From the IMG/VR virus record IMGVR_UViG_3300027832_000007: a DNA stretch of 61,775 nt; one strand, 5' to 3'. Origin of the DNA: an uncultured virus (IMG/VR IMGVR_UViG_3300027832_000007). Taxonomy: Duplodnaviria > Heunggongvirae > Uroviricota > Caudoviricetes. The notes under the pieces are model-generated. The model was not told where the DNA came from, did no database searches, and worked only from the letters and a program-made list of their open reading frames with translations. Shown here one piece after another: positions 59,298 to 61,775 of this stretch (within the stretch, counting starts at the first letter, position 1; each line of letters starts with the position of its first letter). Both the position numbers and the translations under genes were made by a program.

Positions 59298-60032
59298 TTA
59301 TTTATTTTGATTCGATATCATCTTAACTCTTTCACTTGGATTATTAATATATTGTATAGCATGACCAGTTTTTGTAACAGCTACTATCTGAACAGCTTCA
59401 CTTGGTGTAATGCCTTTTTTTATAATATATTGTATTGCATCACCACTTTGTTTAACAGCTGCTATCTGAACATGTTCACTTGGGATAATGCCTTTTTTTA
59501 GTATATATTGTATTGCATAAGCATCTTTTGTAACAGCTGCTATCTGAACAGCTTCACTTGGGGTTATCCCTTTATTTAGAATATGCGCTATTGCATAACC
59601 TTTTTGTGTAACAGCTGCCAACTGAACAGCTTCACTTGGGGTTATGCCGTTAGCTAGAATAAAAGATATCGCACCACTTTTTGATACAGCTTCTAACTGA
59701 ACCCTTTCACTTGGGATAATACCTTTTGCTATAATATAATCTATAACATCAACATCTTGTGTAACAGCAGCTAACTGAACTGCCTCACTTGGGGTTATAC
59801 CTTTTTCTAGTATATATTGTATTAACATACCAGTTTGTGTAACAGCAGCTATCTGAATATCTTCTGTTAATTCACCATAATAATATTTAATATAATTAGC
59901 ATCTTGTTTAACCCTAATTTCCATTATTCTTAAATATGTTTTCTTATTATTTCCACTTAACATATCATATTGTTCTTTGGGTATACCCATTCCAGTATTT
60001 ATATACTGATTAATTAAATCTTTATTATCCAT
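59298..60032 (-). CDS. DUF4116-like tandem-repeat protein (about 7 units)
   Basis: Same repeats and near-identical N-terminus. Confidence 0.75.
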   Translation of the reverse strand: MDNKDLINQYINTGMGIPKEQYDMLSGNNKKTYLRIMEIRVKQDANYIKYYYGELTEDIQIAAVTQTGMLIQYILEKGITPSEAVQLAAVTQDVDVIDYIIAKGIIPSERVQLEAVSKSGAISFILANGITPSEAVQLAAVTQKGYAIAHILNKGITPSEAVQIAAVTKDAYAIQYILKKGIIPSEHVQIAAVKQSGDAIQYIIKKGITPSEAVQIVAVTKTGHAIQYINNPSERVKMISNQNK

Positions 60033-60034
60033 AA

Positions 60035-60865
60035 TTAATTTCTATTTTTATTTGCAATCATTTTAACTTGTTCACTTGGGATAATTCCTTTTTCTAGTAT
60101 ATAATATATCACAGTACTATTTTGTGTAACAGCGGCAACTTGAACCCTTTCACTTGGGGTTATGTCTTTATCTAGTATATGTTTTATCAGATAACCATAT
60201 TGTTTAACAGCTGCAATTTGAACTTGTTCACTTGGTGTAATACCGTTATTTAGAATATGCTCTATTGTATCACCATTTTGTGTAACTGCGGCAACTTGAA
60301 CCCTTTCACTTGGGGTAATACCATAATCTAGAATATATTTTATCACATAACCATTTTGTTTAACAGCTGCAATTTGAACTTGTTCACTTGGTGTAATACC
60401 TTTATCTAGAATATGCTCTATTGCATAAGCATCTTTTGTAACAGCTGCTAATTGAACAGCTTCACTTGGTGTAATACCTTTATCTAGGATATACTCTATT
60501 GCATAATTATCTTTTGTAACAGCTGCAATTTGAACCCTTTCACTCGGAGTTACACCTTTATCTAGTATATGTTTTATCACATAAGAATCTTCTGTAATAG
60601 CTGCAATTTGAACTTCTTCACTTGGGGTTATGCCTTTTTCTATAATATATTCTATTATATCACCATTTTGTGTAACTGCTTCTAATTGAACATCTTCTGT
60701 TAATTCACCATAATAATATTTAATATAATTACCATCTTGTTTAATCCGAATTAACATTTTTCTTAAATATGTTTTCTTTTCATTTGAACTTAACATATTA
60801 TATTGTTCTCTAGGAATTCCCATCCCAGTATTTATGTACTGATTAATTAAATCTTTATTATCCAT
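60035..60865 (-). CDS. DUF4116-like tandem-repeat protein (about 8 units)
   Basis: Same repeats and near-identical N-terminus. Confidence 0.75.
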   Translation of the reverse strand: MDNKDLINQYINTGMGIPREQYNMLSSNEKKTYLRKMLIRIKQDGNYIKYYYGELTEDVQLEAVTQNGDIIEYIIEKGITPSEEVQIAAITEDSYVIKHILDKGVTPSERVQIAAVTKDNYAIEYILDKGITPSEAVQLAAVTKDAYAIEHILDKGITPSEQVQIAAVKQNGYVIKYILDYGITPSERVQVAAVTQNGDTIEHILNNGITPSEQVQIAAVKQYGYLIKHILDKDITPSERVQVAAVTQNSTVIYYILEKGIIPSEQVKMIANKNRN

Positions 60866-60868
60866 ATT

Positions 60869-61381
60869 TTATTTTTCTTTAGGTATATTAATAAATGGTT
60901 TATTCATCTTATCATCTTTAGAAAATTTCATCTTAATAATCTTATTAGCAGCATCGTAAATATCTGACCATAATTCTTCAGCAACTAAAACATATCCACC
61001 ATCTTCTTTATCCATATGTTTAACACCCATTTTCTTAGCTTCTTTATTATGAGTGAATGCAATACCCTTACTAGGTTTCATCATATTAAGCATCCCATTT
61101 CTTAATTTTTCATATAACCCAATGTTTTTATATTTATCCATTAAGTCATTAATACACCTATCAAAATCACTCGAATCATCTTTACTGTTAAAAGTTGTAT
61201 CATCAGAAAGACATTGACCCAAAAAGTTTATAGCAACGGGTGCTAATATAAATGAAAAATAATATTCCTTATCATTAACTATCTTTTTCATAATCCCTAA
61301 AATTATCATCTCTATCATGTCTTTAGGATAATGGTGTGAAGAACCCTTTAATAATCCCTCGTATAATTTAATGTTCCGCAT
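60869..61381 (-). CDS. hypothetical protein, possible degenerate HEPN-like domain
   Basis: MRNIKLYE leader; LYEKLRNGMLN resembles R-x4-H with His replaced. Confidence 0.45.
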   Translation of the reverse strand: MRNIKLYEGLLKGSSHHYPKDMIEMIILGIMKKIVNDKEYYFSFILAPVAINFLGQCLSDDTTFNSKDDSSDFDRCINDLMDKYKNIGLYEKLRNGMLNMMKPSKGIAFTHNKEAKKMGVKHMDKEDGGYVLVAEELWSDIYDAANKIIKMKFSKDDKMNKPFINIPKEK

Positions 61382-61454
61382 ATAATGTTTTTAATATAAA
61401 TATTCTAAAATTAACATTAAACAAAATTAATTAAAAATCTTTTAAAAACACCAC

Positions 61455-61735
61455 CATCTCTAAAAATGAAGTCAAAAAAAAATCTGGAAAAAAATTTTGG
61501 AAATAGAGGGGGGCTAAAAATGAAGTCGAAATTATAATGGCAGTATATAATGGTAGTATATAATGGGAGTATATGAGGGAGTATATTTAAAATGGTGAAA
61601 AAATCTGTAAAAAAAATTTTGGAAATAGAGGGGGCTAAAAATGAAGTCAAAAAAAATCTGTAAAAAAAATTTTGTGAATATCCCATCTCTAAAAATGAAG
61701 TCAAAAAAAAATCTGGAAAAAAATTTTGTGAACAT
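61455..61735. repeat. non-coding direct-repeat cluster
   Basis: CTAAAAATGAAGTC at 61460, 61514, 61635 and 61689 within longer A-tract repeats; 13-bp TATAATGGnAGTA tandem x3 at about 61533-61571. Confidence 0.85.
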
Positions 61736-61775
61736 CATCATACCCCATCTATCTCTGCAACGGGGGGGTATTAAC

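Noticed and set aside
1286..59501. Numerous short antisense or nested ORFs (e.g. 2701..3012, 8073..8480, 21499..21921, 32785..33255, 45226..45561, 47269..47670, 56694..57083)
   Set aside because: They are shadows of well-supported genes or repeats and carry no motifs of their own.
58707..60865. Diversity-generating retroelement or CRISPR
   Set aside because: The repeats are in-frame coding units, the variation is not adenine-specific, and there is no reverse transcriptase in the window.
61455..61735. CRISPR array
   Set aside because: The intervening sequences are themselves repeated and irregularly spaced; there are no unique spacers and no cas genes.
61417..61741. ORFs 61417..61704 and 61532..61741
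   Set aside because: Phe-rich translations of non-coding A-tract repeats.
1..61775. Stop-codon reassignment as in some large phages
   Set aside because: Long core genes are intact in the standard code, and TAG ends genes at plausible positions (4294, 7256). The gene breaks are explained by inteins, endonucleases or frameshifts.
1..61775. tRNA or rRNA genes
   Set aside because: No cloverleaf or T-loop signature was seen in the intergenic regions by eye; a tRNAscan run would be needed to be certain.

Overview
AT-rich segment of a very large T4-like (myovirus-type 'jumbo/huge') phage genome in the standard genetic code. The host is probably Bacteroidota: there are TAnnTTTG promoter elements, A-rich leaders without Shine-Dalgarno sites and Bacteroidota-style lipoproteins. 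Left to right it holds a glycosylation/PhoH cluster, a gp55-like late sigma factor and baseplate-like genes. It then has the head module (major capsid gp23, scaffold, prohead protease gp21, portal gp20, terminase gp17), putative internal head proteins, thyA, clpC and an accessory region of candidate virion-packaged enzymes, ending in non-coding repeats. The window shows heavy gene fragmentation and recoding. It has eight inteins. clpC is split in two by an atypically split intein (33-aa IntN, 124-aa IntC) around a decayed Vsr-like endonuclease, and a sister intein sits in its second Walker A motif. thyA is split by a free-standing GIY-YIG endonuclease with no intron core. Two homopolymer -1 frameshift sites would fuse adjacent ORFs. 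A reusable late-promoter plus 'LRE' leader cassette is grafted onto unrelated cargo genes. All calls come from motif recognition by eye; no database searches were run.
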